DNA of 63,985 nt, counting the filler, from Hausera hauseri (lineage: Eukaryota): NCBI GenBank assembly GCA_046269625.1. It is 11 parts of 11 records of this genome, joined end to end, with 100 filler letters (N's around TTAATTAATTAA, not from the genome) between each part and the next. Parts side by side here need not be neighbours in the genome. Positions count along the whole stretch, not along the records: positions 33,418 to 38,062 come from JBJURY010490687.1; positions 38,163 to 43,895 come from JBJURY010197748.1; positions 43,996 to 48,988 come from JBJURY010368260.1; 8 more parts are not named here. One strand, 5' to 3'. The notes beneath the pieces are model-generated. The model was not told the origin of the DNA and did no database searches. It saw nothing but the letters and a program-made list of their open reading frames with translations. A program made the position numbers and the translations under genes. Within the stretch, counting starts at the first letter, position 1, and each line of letters begins with the position of its first letter. Positions 36,828 to 48,922 of this stretch are shown one piece after another.

Positions 36828-37838
36828 ATGTTCATGAATACTGTGGAATCAAATATGATACGAAACATTCAAAATCCAACGAATAAATTTGTAAAATTGA
36901 AGACCCTCGGAAATGGCGCACAAGGAACAGTATTGAAAGTTCGGGATAAAACAACTTACAATATTTATGCCATGAAAATATTTCATTCCAATAAAGATGA
37001 AGAATTCGTCTTAGATTGTATCAAACGTGAAATAAGAATATTACAAAATCTCCATCATGAAAATATTGTTAATATGATTGATATGCATATTGGTGATGGC
37101 TTATGTAACACTTATTCATTGAATGACGTGTTTATCTTGTTTGAATATTGCACAACAGATTTATATTATGAAATTTATGAGAATGGTGAGACATTGACAA
37201 TAAGTAAGAAACAGCAATACATGAAGGAAATGATTGCGGGAGTTGAATATATCCATAGAATGGGATTTATACATCGAGATTTAAAGCCAGAAAACATATT
37301 GATTGGAATTGGTGGGCAAATTAAAATAGCCGATTTTGGCTGGGCTACAAAAGTAAGACAAGAAGAAAACGCAAAATATACACCAAAAGTAGTGACGATA
37401 TTGTATAGACCTCCTGATATTTTGTTGTATGATCCATTTTATACAACCGCAGTAGATGTTTGGAGTCTCGGATGTATATTTGTTGAATTATGGTCATTAG
37501 AGGCATTATTTACGGGTAGGACCGAAATTCAGCAGTTACTGCTAATCCTTGATATTTGTGGAGGAATCAATTATCCTCGAGGAAACGAGTTGGTCGAGCA
37601 ATTAAACATTAAAATTGAACCAACAAAATCGATTTTGTCAAGTATTTTGAAAATGCGTGTACCTGATGTCAAATGCAGACAATTGATTGAAAATATGTTG
37701 AAGGTTAATCCAGACGAACGAACTATTTTGCAAGATGTTACTGACTTTTTTGACACAGATGACTATCAAGAAATTCAAGTCTGTCGAGAATTTGAAAATT
37801 TTAATCTGAAATGCAAAGATTGGACAGATTGTTCGTAA
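36828..37838 (+). CDS. Divergent intronless cyclin-dependent kinase (CDK9/10/11/12-like)
   Basis: LGNGAQGTV, YAMK, KREIRIL, FEYC, HRDLKPEN, DFG, YTPKVVTILYRPPDILL, DVWSLGCIF, LFTGRTEIQQL. Confidence 0.9.
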   Translation: MFMNTVESNMIRNIQNPTNKFVKLKTLGNGAQGTVLKVRDKTTYNIYAMKIFHSNKDEEFVLDCIKREIRILQNLHHENIVNMIDMHIGDGLCNTYSLNDVFILFEYCTTDLYYEIYENGETLTISKKQQYMKEMIAGVEYIHRMGFIHRDLKPENILIGIGGQIKIADFGWATKVRQEENAKYTPKVVTILYRPPDILLYDPFYTTAVDVWSLGCIFVELWSLEALFTGRTEIQQLLLILDICGGINYPRGNELVEQLNIKIEPTKSILSSILKMRVPDVKCRQLIENMLKVNPDERTILQDVTDFFDTDDYQEIQVCREFENFNLKCKDWTDCS

Positions 37839-38404
37839 ATTGATTCGATAGAAAATTATTCAGAGTAAGATTTGACAGATCACAGAAGTTGCACATTATT
37901 AGAAAAGGTTTTTTAAAAAAACTCAAAAAGATACAGAAAATACCCTTAAGGAATAAGTTAAAATGGCTTTCATATAAATATATGCTGTTCATATTTGTGT
38001 AATATTTTTTATTTTTATTTGTATTTTTTGTTAACAAATGAAACTGGTGCTGACTGAACCACNNNNNNNNNNNNNNNNNNNNNNNNNNNNNNNNNNNNNN
38101 NNNNNNTTAATTAATTAANNNNNNNNNNNNNNNNNNNNNNNNNNNNNNNNNNNNNNNNNNNNTCTCCCTTACATTTCTGTAAGCCGCACCGCTATTAACT
38201 TTTGCTCAGCTCGTTGAGCTCTACCGATTTGAGTCGGTCCGATGTTCGAAGCTTTTCCCACGGGGGGGGGTCGTGAGAAAATCGCGAAATGTGCGCATTG
38301 ACCAATGAGATGCCGAGAATTGGTCGATTGACCAATCAGAGAAGTGGGGTAGAGTGGATACTTCTACCTACTTATGCGCGATGATGTAGAAAACCGAAAT
38401 TATC

Positions 38405-40845
38405 AAGATGTTAGAAAATAATATTAGATGATGCAATTCACCATGGTTATTACCCCTTGTAGTGGTTGCAAAGAAACACGGAGGATCAAGAATTTGTGAC
38501 GATTTCCAGCAGTTAAATAAATAGACAGTTAAAAATCATAAAAACAGTAGTTATTTCTCATGTTCGTTGTAATGAGGTACTACAACAAGAATATGATGGT
38601 ATTTTGTAGGACAAGAGTTTTGGCAGAATTAATAGAAAGTACTACTAGAGAGCAATTCAAAAAGATGTAGGAAAATGGTGTAACGACTGTAAAATTTGTG
38701 TTACTCGGATATCGAGAGGATATAGACTCAAGCCACCATTGTGTCCAATACCTCCTTCAGCTAGTCCAACAGAATTTTGTGCCATGGATATCGCAGTACC
38801 TCTACAAAAAACTCAAAGTAGCACCATCTATATTCTGGTGTTTTTCGGTTACCATACACGATTTACAGAATCTTTTCCAATGACGGATAAAACTGCTTTT
38901 ACAGTATCTGCATTACAGTTTCGCAAAAATGTTTAACAGATCAGGAAGCTGAATTCATGAATAGAATGCTGGATGAAGTATGTCAATTATTTTCCATAAA
39001 AAACTAAGAAGGGCCGCTTATCACACGCAGTGATGGGATGGTAGGTAATATGAATGGAACAATATTGTCCACATTAGCAAGTGTCACAAATGAAAGGCAA
39101 GATGATTGGAAATTATTTATTCCAACTTGCATGTTTGCAATCCAAAATGTACCACATTCTGCTACAAATCAGTGTCCATTCTACCCATTTATGGATGTGA
39201 GCCATTGCTACCGATGGATCTGGAATTGATACTAAGTGAATCAATAAGCAAACATGAAAAAATTATGTTTCATACTTAACAGAATGTCTCACGAAAGCCT
39301 TTGACATTGACCCAGTCCTTAACATTATCAGAAACATTCACAGTATTTTGAGGACCATGAATAACTCCAACGGCTTCCTTGCTTTCTAATATTCGATATG
39401 TACAAGTATGTAGATTTGAAAATGCAAGGTGTGTAGAGCAATATTATCACGTGCATGAACGCTATGAACATTTTTATGGGCGCCTACAGCTATAGAAAAA
39501 CAAAATTAATCGTGAACGAAGCGTTGAATGGCTAAGTGATTCAACCAAATTTATCTAAAATATTTTATGATCATATGAAAGCATTACGATTGGGAATTTC
39601 AGGTTTTCTGACGCCCAGGATGCAGCTAGATTGAGCTGGGTCGTAAACGCATTCTCCGTAGATACCGAATATGTTTCTTACATGAGAAATATTGGTGAAA
39701 AGAAGTTGATTGACTTACAAACCTCCATTACGCCAAAAAACTCTTCGGGTGCATGGTTACGTTAAGTTTCAGCTAATTGTCTAAAGATAGCAAAGCAGCT
39801 GAATGAAGTTGTTATTCAAACCGCACTTCGACAATTTGCCACTACGTATTTTCGTCTTAGCTTCCAAGCACAAGGGAGTCATTGAAAAATAAATAACATT
39901 TTTATTTTGCTTGTTTGTAAAATTATTCCAATTTGGGGTTTGCTAAAATTGAATTTGGATCTCAAGGATCCAGTGTATATAAGGGATGGTTAATTCCTCT
40001 CTTGCAAGCCCCTTCTTTCCGAATTTTGGGAGAACCATTTTTAGCATATAAATACTTACGAACCGAAGGACAATCTGGAGTATTAATACAAATTAAGAAA
40101 ATTAATTCTTAGACATACCACGTTTTCCTATATACTATAATAAATCGACTTGGGTCAAAATCACTTCCAATATCGAAAATCAATAGATATTTCATATTTG
40201 ATAGGCTAATTCCTCCTTATCAACATTTACACCTATCAGGATCGTTCTTGTGGAAAGCAATTCCATGCTTATCTACTGATATTCTGCATGTACTTGGCTG
40301 GAAGTTGTATTTGAAGGAAAATAATTGATAGTATCTGTGGGACATTCCTTACCTTAACTAATAATAATTAACACAGAGGATCATCATTATCGACCTTCAC
40401 TGTGTAGATGCCAATTCACCTGTCTGATAGATATCTCACACCATATTTTAATTAATAAGACATTAAACAAAGCATTTATATTCACCTAACACACCATTGT
40501 ACGTTAAAATCAAAAATTACTATACTTAATCCGCTGACTGTTCCTACAGGATCAAATTTTAATGCAAGAACGTCTCCGGCTGGCCTACAAAATAACAAAA
40601 GGTAATCAGAAGGATTAGAAGATAAAATACAAAAAGTACTACGACGAAAAGACTAAACAGCCAAACATTAAACCAGGAGATAAAGTGATGTTATATACAC
40701 TCTTACGTAAGAATGGCAAAACATCCAAATTGGATAGACCTTATAAATTACCATATAAATAGAAAAAGTGGATCCACCTAATATCTGGCTAAAGAAAAAT
40801 AATGTCTTTTAATGTTCATGTTAATAGATATAAACCGGCAGTTAA
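38405..40845 (+). pseudogene. pol: Heavily decayed Ty3/Gypsy pol (RT start, integrase, GPY/F-like tail)
   Basis: KMLENNI..NSPWLLPLVVVAKKHGGSRICDDFQQLN (~38405-38525); WCNDCKIC; AMDIAVPL; GMVGNMNGTI...DDW...PHSATNQCPF; KPGDKVML..SKLDRPY..NVHVNRYKP (~40670-40840). Confidence 0.8.
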
Positions 40846-43800
40846 GGAGAGTAAGGTTAGAGGAGATGAACGAGAGACGGAAAGAAGCATCAACGAAGAG
40901 ATGATTAAAATAAAACCAACCCGAAGATTTTACAAGATAAAGAAATACTTTACACTGATAATGTTCTTGCTAATGCCACAATTCCTAGATCAAATGACGA
41001 AAATGACGATACAGGAGATTGAACAAGCCGAAATCTGGCATGCAACGGCCGTAAACGAAGATGTATTAAAAAGTTTGCGACACCAAGTAACTTACAATAA
41101 CAAAGTTGAGAAATGTCTTATCTGGCAAATCACAAGACAAATGACTACTGAATATGATAGAAATGCAGATGATACAGTATGATGATGATAAGAGAAACCC
41201 CAATGAAGGACATTATGATTGCCTACTTCACTCCTGGATAAACGGAACACAATATGTTGTAGAAAACTCAGGTACGCATTATGCATACCTTACACTCACA
41301 AAAAAGAAAGGAAATTACTATCGGAGTGAATTTACTAAATTTGCTACATAAATACGAGTTCCCACTAGACACGAGGTGAACGAGATATTACTAGACGAAA
41401 TAATCATCAGCCAGTTATCAGAAAGATCACTTGGATACAAGAGTGGGAGAAATTGCATTGAAATCGTAAACATGATAAAGCTGGAATACATACCATGTGA
41501 AATTATATTCATAAGAGAAAAAGGCACCTTAAAAATATGGTACTTAAATATAGAATAACCGACGAAGAACAACGAGTTTGCTGCACTGCAACCCGATGAA
41601 GAATATATGAGCTAAACTATATGATTACTCGAAAAGAACAGAGAAGATATTTAGGTTGTCTAAAATAAGGGGCCAACAATGTACATCAAGTACCAAAACC
41701 ACATTGAATACGAGGAAAACAAAAGAATGTCGCCACGCCGGCTGTGCATTCCTCGCCAAACAATAAGGACGAAAAGGAGATGATTATGTCAATCAGGCCA
41801 TATGCATTATATTACCGGCAAAAACGTTCTACATAGAAAAACGTGACAATAACAGCCGCACCAACTGCATTAAGAATATCCTTGAAACCAGACCTTGACT
41901 TTTCGAAAATAAAATTTGTATGCGAGTTAAAAGATACGACCGTAGCAAGATGGATCATAACCCCAGACGATCTAATAGTGCTGTGCGTGGCACGAACCAT
42001 TTATACTAGATATACAATCATCTTACAACTATTTGATGACAATAACAAAGTAACATCTACAAAATTTTTAACAGCTCTGACAAAAAGTAAAGCAAGTATA
42101 AAGTCACCTTATAAAAACATCACTCTTAAAAGTATAACAACCTTTAACCTTCATACACCACATACAAGCATTCAAGCATGTTCTATAGTACCAACCACAG
42201 TAATTATAATGATGCTGTTAATAACAATTAAAATGATAGTCATGAAACACAAATACAGACAAAGCTGGATTCGTATTAACATGCCTTATTTAACGAATCC
42301 GTTAAATACAAACAACCCCAACTGACGGTGGATTTTCCGGATTGCTATATATGCAACCCTAAAGACTGAGATAACCACACTATATTCGCTTACCTCCAAA
42401 AATAAAACTCATCGAAATAAACCAACGGCGATTACCAAAATGATATATATGATAACCATTGTGTTATATGCTAGAATCTTCTATGCAAAGATATTGACTA
42501 GTCTATTTATAGTATAAACAGCAACTTCTCATCAGGTTCAGTCGAAAACCAAATCCAAACACTGGTATGGCAATATGAAGAACCATTAGATAAATGCCAA
42601 CCCATCGAATCAATATTACGTACCCCATAATAACTATATGTTCAGTCTCAATTATCCACAAACCCAGCAAATACCCAAGAACCTTAAAGGTTATAGTATG
42701 GATAATAGGTCCCTTGCCTTATTACATATAACAAAAGCCATATCATTCTACATTACAGATATTATTATTTTTCCTGAACAATTTCATTAGACTAATATTT
42801 ATTGTATAGTTGGACAATTTCATATTAAAGCCAAACATAGAACAACATCTATGAAAGAGGATTTAACCATTATGGATTCCGAACATGGCCTCATTCGAAT
42901 ATACCTTTATTCAAAATCACATTCAAAATTAGATCTACTACCAATCGATTAATGATGGCATTCGAAGTAATAGAGAATGCAAATTGTCAACCAAGTCTAC
43001 CCGAAGGAAAATACTTCAATCTCCCAAAACCAGATTACATAAATTACAAAACAGCATCACACAGAAGGATCAGAAGGATCGTTAACAGTGACTGCTTAAG
43101 TGAAAAGTGGTTTTGATTTCATTTAAACATCATGAGTTTATGTAAGTCTTTCTATGTATTCACCTATGTACTTTCATATTTCTAACACTATTGCTTTTAT
43201 TTGAGTAAAGTTTTTGCTTTTATCTGTAAGTAAACAATTTTAACTAATTGATCACTGAAAGTAATTGTTGGAGCTTTTGTCAACCAGGTTAACCCTACCC
43301 GACGAAAACCTGTTTAATTATAATTAAGGGGATGAGATTAAACATTAAGATAATAAGAGTAACGATAGTGTTTCCATACACATTATCACTCTTATACATA
43401 AGTAAGCATAGACTCGGATTTCAACGCATTCTTTCTAACCACTAGATATTCCTTGTTCACCACATTAATTAGCATACGTGAAAACATAAAAAGTCTCTTC
43501 CAACGCTAATTAGTGAGGATTGAACATACCAGCGCAACCTTATAATCAAGAAAAACTTTTATTGCTATTTTCTATATATGGATATTTGTTATCATTGCTT
43601 CGGGAATAATGATCATAGTTTACTTCTCCTTCGCCATGTACTTTAAATTATCCAATGAAATATTTTACCTAGAACAGTTTAATTTACACTAAAATGTAAT
43701 GCAGTATGATACTTAATTAAATTTATATTACTTCGCGCCCGATAAAATTGAGGGTAGACAATGTAATGATTTATATAGTGCAATTTTACGATAGTAGTAG

Positions 43801-44916
43801 GATGTGAGGAGTTCGCGCCACTACCCCCCCCCCCCCGGGAAGGAAAGAAGCCAAGGGGAAGAGGACACGTCATCGGGGGAAAAGAAACTGGCGAANNNNN
43901 NNNNNNNNNNNNNNNNNNNNNNNNNNNNNNNNNNNNNNNTTAATTAATTAANNNNNNNNNNNNNNNNNNNNNNNNNNNNNNNNNNNNNNNNNNNNTCAGT
44001 GAAACTTCGCTGAAGAATTTTAACAGCGATATTGAATTATAATAATAAAAACCTCAGAAGAAGATAGTTGGCAAAGTGGAGAAAATTTTCTATGGAAACA
44101 AAATGGATATAACTTAAGTTTGCATGTTTTGCCGATAATTTTAGAGAGTTTCTAGTTTTAGTTACTTTTTAATGATCAGGGTGATCATTTATTTTCACAT
44201 ACAAAGATTCAAACATGTTTTAGTTACAATCCATGGTAACGTCCGATGGTTTGCTCACCCAGATATGAACCCATGTTGCTGGCTTTGCTGACAAAGGAGA
44301 GAGGCGACAGGTGGTGCACTGCTGAGAACAGAACAGGAGGCTCAGGAGCTGAGGGCCCAGCTGAGAACCTCTGAGGGAGGAGATCCAGAAGCTGGAGGTG
44401 AAGAGGGCTTGTTTGGACGAGAAACAAAAAACTATTAGAACAAAACCAATCTAATTCAAAGAAAACTAATTAATAACAAAGCTCAGCAAGAACATAGATG
44501 CAGATGTAAAGGCTGACATTTCTCAGTGTGCGTTATAATCGTAATTGAATTTACACTGAATGAGTCCCATCTGCTCGCTGTCCGCCAAGAAACGTCACAG
44601 AAGTGATTGATGGCACTCTGGTTTTGAGTTCCGGAAAAAGCCATCATTTGTCAGTATATTGAAAAATGAACCTCGGTGAATGTCGTAATGATAAATAAAA
44701 CTAATGAAACTTTCAAAACAAAGAAATTAATAAAATGTTCACATTTTATGATAATCTTTGGAAGGTGCTCCTAAGTCAAGTAGGCGACAACGAGTGGATA
44801 AATGGTTACTCCTGAACGACTGAATGCTGGGGTAGTTATCGAAACACTCTATGTCACCTTGATGATTGCAGTGGGAGCGCTACCACAGATAAGTCACATC
44901 AATAATTAATACTAAT

Positions 44917-45375
44917 TTAGTGATCAGTCATATGCCACGCCCCTTCCATCCGCCAGACGCTGAAGGCGTAGCTAAGTCTCTCGTGGGCCATGTAACTGCA
45001 GCTCGAGGGGAAATACTTCATCTCCGCCTCATCACTTCTCAGAATCTGGAACAGAAAGTCGATGTATCTACACGCCAACTTCAGTGTCTGGATCTTACTG
45101 AGCTTGTCTGAGGGCAAAGTCGGGATGATTTTCCTCAGCTGGGAAAAAGCTTCATTTAATGACTCTGTTCTTTGCCGTTCTCGAACGTTAGCTAGGCACC
45201 GCTGCGCTTGAAGTTCCTCGGCGGACTGAGGACTTTTTCTTCTTGCTTTTCTAGCGATATCGCTGCTGCTGCCATGTGCTGAGTCTGACTTGAACTGTCT
45301 CTTTCTGGAAGTATAGTGCTCGCCTCTAATGCCGTCTCCACAGCTGTCTTCTGAGGAACAAGATCGCGGGAACTC
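44917..45375 (-). CDS. twist: Twist-family bHLH transcription factor (main exon; start not resolved)
   Basis: [51 protein letters not shown] and the WR motif [16 protein letters not shown]; acceptor ctctttccacAG at 45377-45376. Confidence 0.95.
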   Translation of the reverse strand, partial: EFPRSCSSEDSCGDGIRGEHYTSRKRQFKSDSAHGSSSDIARKARRKSPQSAEELQAQRCLANVRERQRTESLNEAFSQLRKIIPTLPSDKLSKIQTLKLACRYIDFLFQILRSDEAEMKYFPSSCSYMAHERLSYAFSVWRMEGAWHMTDH

Positions 45376-45607
45376 CTGTGGAAAGAGGTAAAACAATAAG
45401 AGGTTAACAAACCTGGATAATCTAATATTTTCATGTAGTCAGGTATATTTTCCCTATGTAAAATATGCTGCATTCATATGATGAACGTCTTTATATACAT
45501 ATACACACATGGTGAACACACATCATGTGCCAAACTTAGTATTTCAACCTTCTTGCATATGTGGTTCCCCACTGGTCCGGTACTGTCCAATCACGTTAAT
45601 TTTGATG

Positions 45608-45642
45608 TCGTTCGATTCATCTCAGTGAGACGAATCGAACGA
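45608..45642. repeat. Near-perfect palindrome within an interspersed repeat (~45560-46780)
   Basis: TCGTTCGATTC-ATCTCA-G-TGAGAC-GAATCGAACGA; related half-sites near 46080 and 46305; ACCGGAAGTTGCGCAAT repeated at ~46705-46743. Confidence 0.6.
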
Positions 45643-46794
45643 TACCCATAGCGTTTACAGTTACTGAGCTATAGGTCATTTTCCGACCCCTATAACCGTT
45701 GTTGCTTCATCTTCCGCTCATAACTCCGACCGATACAGTCCGCCAGCGTCCATTCGGGTATCCTTTGATGCAGAACAATGTGACGTGTCAAACGATACCC
45801 GAACGGACTCAATCGGTCTGTTGTCGGCTGAGCTGTTGTACATTATTGGAAATTTGCCGGAAAAACCTCAAATGTTCCAGAACCGGAATACCCTTTGTCG
45901 GGCCGCCAGAAGAGTTGTCCGAACATGTTATATATCGATCGAATCGCTCTGCCATACCAAGACCAACTGTGCAGAGAAACCGACAATACGGGTTTTCGTT
46001 CCGACTCAATCCCCAGAAAACCTCAAGTGCTCAAGTGCTCACTGCTCAAACTTGAGTAGGAGAACCATGATCATTGCACCGTTCGATTCGTCTCCATATC
46101 ACCGTTCCAACGCTATGCGGATCAATTCATTATCCACTACCGTTCCGGAGTTATAGCCATTTTGCCGTTCCGCCCCCTTTAAATCGCTCTAGCGCACAAC
46201 TGATTTGTGCTCAAACTACTTACGGGACTGAATCCATTCACATACCAGTCAGTTTTCTGCTCATACCTCCGGCCCGTATGACCCAATCACGTCCCTTTCT
46301 ACTCCATTCGACTCAGCTCATTGAGACGCATCAAACGACACCAAAACGAACTATGTACGACTCCTACAGGCTGAGATATGGACTTTCCGGTCATTTTTAC
46401 CACTGTGCCAAAACCGGCATACACTTTTACGAACCATCCAGAAGGGTTATCCCTACAATCCTTATACCATTCGAATCGCAGTAATGTGCCTAGGTCAACC
46501 GTGAAGAGAAAATTTCATTATTTTTCTTCAGTCCGACGCAATTCCCCAAAAACCACTTTTTCTTTCACGTCAATTTCCCCCATGACCTTAACGCATTTTC
46601 GCAATTTTTAATTTCAGGACACATTTTTGCGTCATTTCCTGTCCGGAAATTGCGTAACTTCCGGTGGATGTGACGCAATTTGTACCGGAGGGTACGTAAT
46701 TTACACCGGAAGTTGCGCAATTTCAGACCGGAAGTTGCGCAATCCGAGGGGTCTGTGCCAGAACCGGCAATTTTATACTACCCACAGTCAATTC

Positions 46795-47060
46795 TAGGAA
46801 ACTTTGGATTTTTGAATTCGAATTAAAATAATGGTATAACACTTTCATATTTTAATTCACGATATCCATTTTTCACATTTGTTCTATCACCGGACTTTTG
46901 TATTCAACAACCACAATTACCAAAAACAGAAAATTTAAAAGTAGGCATACGATTTAGCAAAGCCCTGGAAGTTCCATTAACTTTAATTGCATATGGGTTA
47001 TTTGATTCTGAAATCCAAATGAGTAAAATCGGTAGTTTTCATATAAACAAGTGTAAGTAG
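46795..47060 (+). pseudogene. Polinton/adintovirus major capsid protein C-terminal remnant
   Basis: Hand translation YPFFTFVLSPDFCIQQPQLPKTENLKVGIRFSKALEVPLTLIAYGLFDSEIQM matches the Polinton MCP tail pattern (F.FDLTPD...GNL.L..RF..AL.....I.Y..FD..I.I). Confidence 0.7.
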
Positions 47061-47131
47061 AGCAATGGTGATGGTGAAATGAAGTAATTTATTGTTTGGA
47101 TCATATATTTTAATTAATGTAGTACATTTCA

Positions 47132-47444
47132 GATACACTGTGAGCTAAAACGACAATTGGGAAACCGATTCAGAGGTGTTCATTCGTTGGAGCGATTGCC
47201 ATATTTTCTTCAAAAAGTTGCATATGTAGTAAATACCCATCTGCTAATCTACCAGGTGAACATGGGATAGCTATTGATGTCAGATCAGATATTCGTGTCT
47301 TCGACCCGCAGGGAATGTACTATCCTTCTGCTTTGGTGACTAATTAGAGCGAATGACAACCCCTGTGGAATACAATAACATTATGCATCAAAATCGATTG
47401 ACTATGTTGTGTGGCAATTACTGTATTGCATGGCTTATAAGTTA
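47132..47444 (+). pseudogene. Polinton adenain-like cysteine protease remnant
   Basis: FRGVHS..RLP...YVVNT...LPGEHGIAI...VFDPQG...HQN....CGNYC; H, D, Q, C order as in adenoviral protease; frameshifted. Confidence 0.75.
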
Positions 47445-47548
47445 ACAATAGGGTTCTTAAGGAGCAACATATTAGGTTATGAAATATATATACATGTCTT
47501 TTAGAGGATAACGATGTTGCGGAATTTGTCTAACGTTCTTTGTTTAAC

Positions 47549-47589
47549 GTTCTAATATTTCGATCTTACTAAGATCTTCGTCAGAGAAC
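47549..47589 (-). ncRNA. Minimal type I hammerhead ribozyme-like motif
   Basis: Minus strand: GTTCT-CTGACGA-A-GATCTT-AGT-AAGATC-GAAA-TATT-AGAAC. Stems I and II pair perfectly; stem III is minimal. Confidence 0.6.
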
Positions 47590-48489
47590 ATCGGTCGGGC
47601 ATATATACTGACTGTAAAGTCATCGGCTTAGACAGAGCTTCACCAAATTAAAACATCCAATAGAAACTGATTAAACAAATGATTCTGTCTAAAACGTCTT
47701 CATTTGTGAGATTACCTTTCTATTTATAGTTGGGTATCTATATATACCTATAGTACAACAAATTGTGTGTGAGGTTCAAAACGATGAGTAGACGTCGCTT
47801 AGTTCATGTCGAAATATCTGCCGAAATATCGGAATATCGACAAATTCTGCAACATCGTTGTCCTCTAAAAGACATGTATATATAATTGTTTCTTTAACCG
47901 CAATATTTGGAGAGACTAACAACATCGAAAGAAACTATTACGTCAGCTGATGAGGCAAGTTTTTCATTCTCTAAGAAATCCAAGAAATCAAAGCTACTAT
48001 ACATTCCAAATTATTGTTAATTAAAAGTTATAACAATTTATCCAAAACCTCTGCAACCTTGTATGGGCAAGTATTTATCATAGATAAAACTGGGCGCATA
48101 GGTATATCTGGTATATGAATTTTTGGAAGGCCATATAATTTTGCTGACTGACTTTTCAACAATCTCAGAGATGTGGTTAAATTTTTTACTTATATGATAA
48201 TTTATTTTTAAGCCCTTTAATAAGTCATTTAAGCGCCTTTCATCTAAAAGTGGTAGAAGTAAAATTCCATTAATATCTCAACTTTTAAATTTACCTGGTG
48301 TTATAATGAAGTTCAGAATGAGACTAATAAGAAAAATTTTCTGTCCGTTCCTTTCTTCAATTCGTCCCAAGAATTGAAACAGTCCTTCAGAAAAATATTT
48401 CGTAATTTTACTTACGTTAAATTAATTTTTACATTTGGAAAATAATAGATTACTTTTCAAATAAATGTCACACTCCATGAGTTTTAAGA

Positions 48490-48759
48490 TCAAATTTAGT
48501 TTATTAATTTAAATGTCATACATTTGAAAATTCATATATTGGAGAGACAAATCGTCACCTCCAAACTAGAATGTTAGAACATGAGCAGCAAAATAGAAAT
48601 TCGTCCATATATGGGCATATTTCGAAATGTGTTCACCGACATAAAAAATCGGATATAAGTGAATTCGAAATTTTAAATTCTAATTTCAATAATTATTTTG
48701 AAAGAGTGGAATGTGAAACGTTGACGATGCAAGATTTGAAGACGAATTTGAATGTCTAA
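48490..48759 (+). pseudogene. GIY-YIG endonuclease remnant of a Penelope-like element
   Basis: SNLVY*FKC....SYIGETNRHLQTRMLEH...SSIYGH...FEIL...E.L....K.NLN. Confidence 0.8.
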
Positions 48760-48882
48760 GCTGAAGATTTAGGTTTGCTTCCAATTTTTAATTATTAATT
48801 ATCATGTGCAGCGTTGATATGCACATTGCGTAATAGATTTTTTCGCATATTTAAAGGCGCGATTTCATTTCATTTTCAGTAT

Positions 48883-48922
48883 ATTATCTGATGATGACTC
48901 ATGAAGCCGAAACATGTCATAC
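48883..48922 (+). ncRNA. Degenerate type I hammerhead ribozyme in a Penelope-like 3' end
   Basis: CTGATGA (48888-48894), imperfect stem II, then GAAAC-AT-GTC (palindromic ACATGT), ~130 nt downstream of the GIY-YIG. Confidence 0.6.

Noticed and set aside
45699-46611. Several overlapping 66-136-aa ORFs
   Set aside because: Inside a GC-richer interspersed repeat; non-ATG starts and no recognisable motifs.
47947-47960. CTGATGAG as a third hammerhead core
   Set aside because: No stem II or GAAA at the proper distance.
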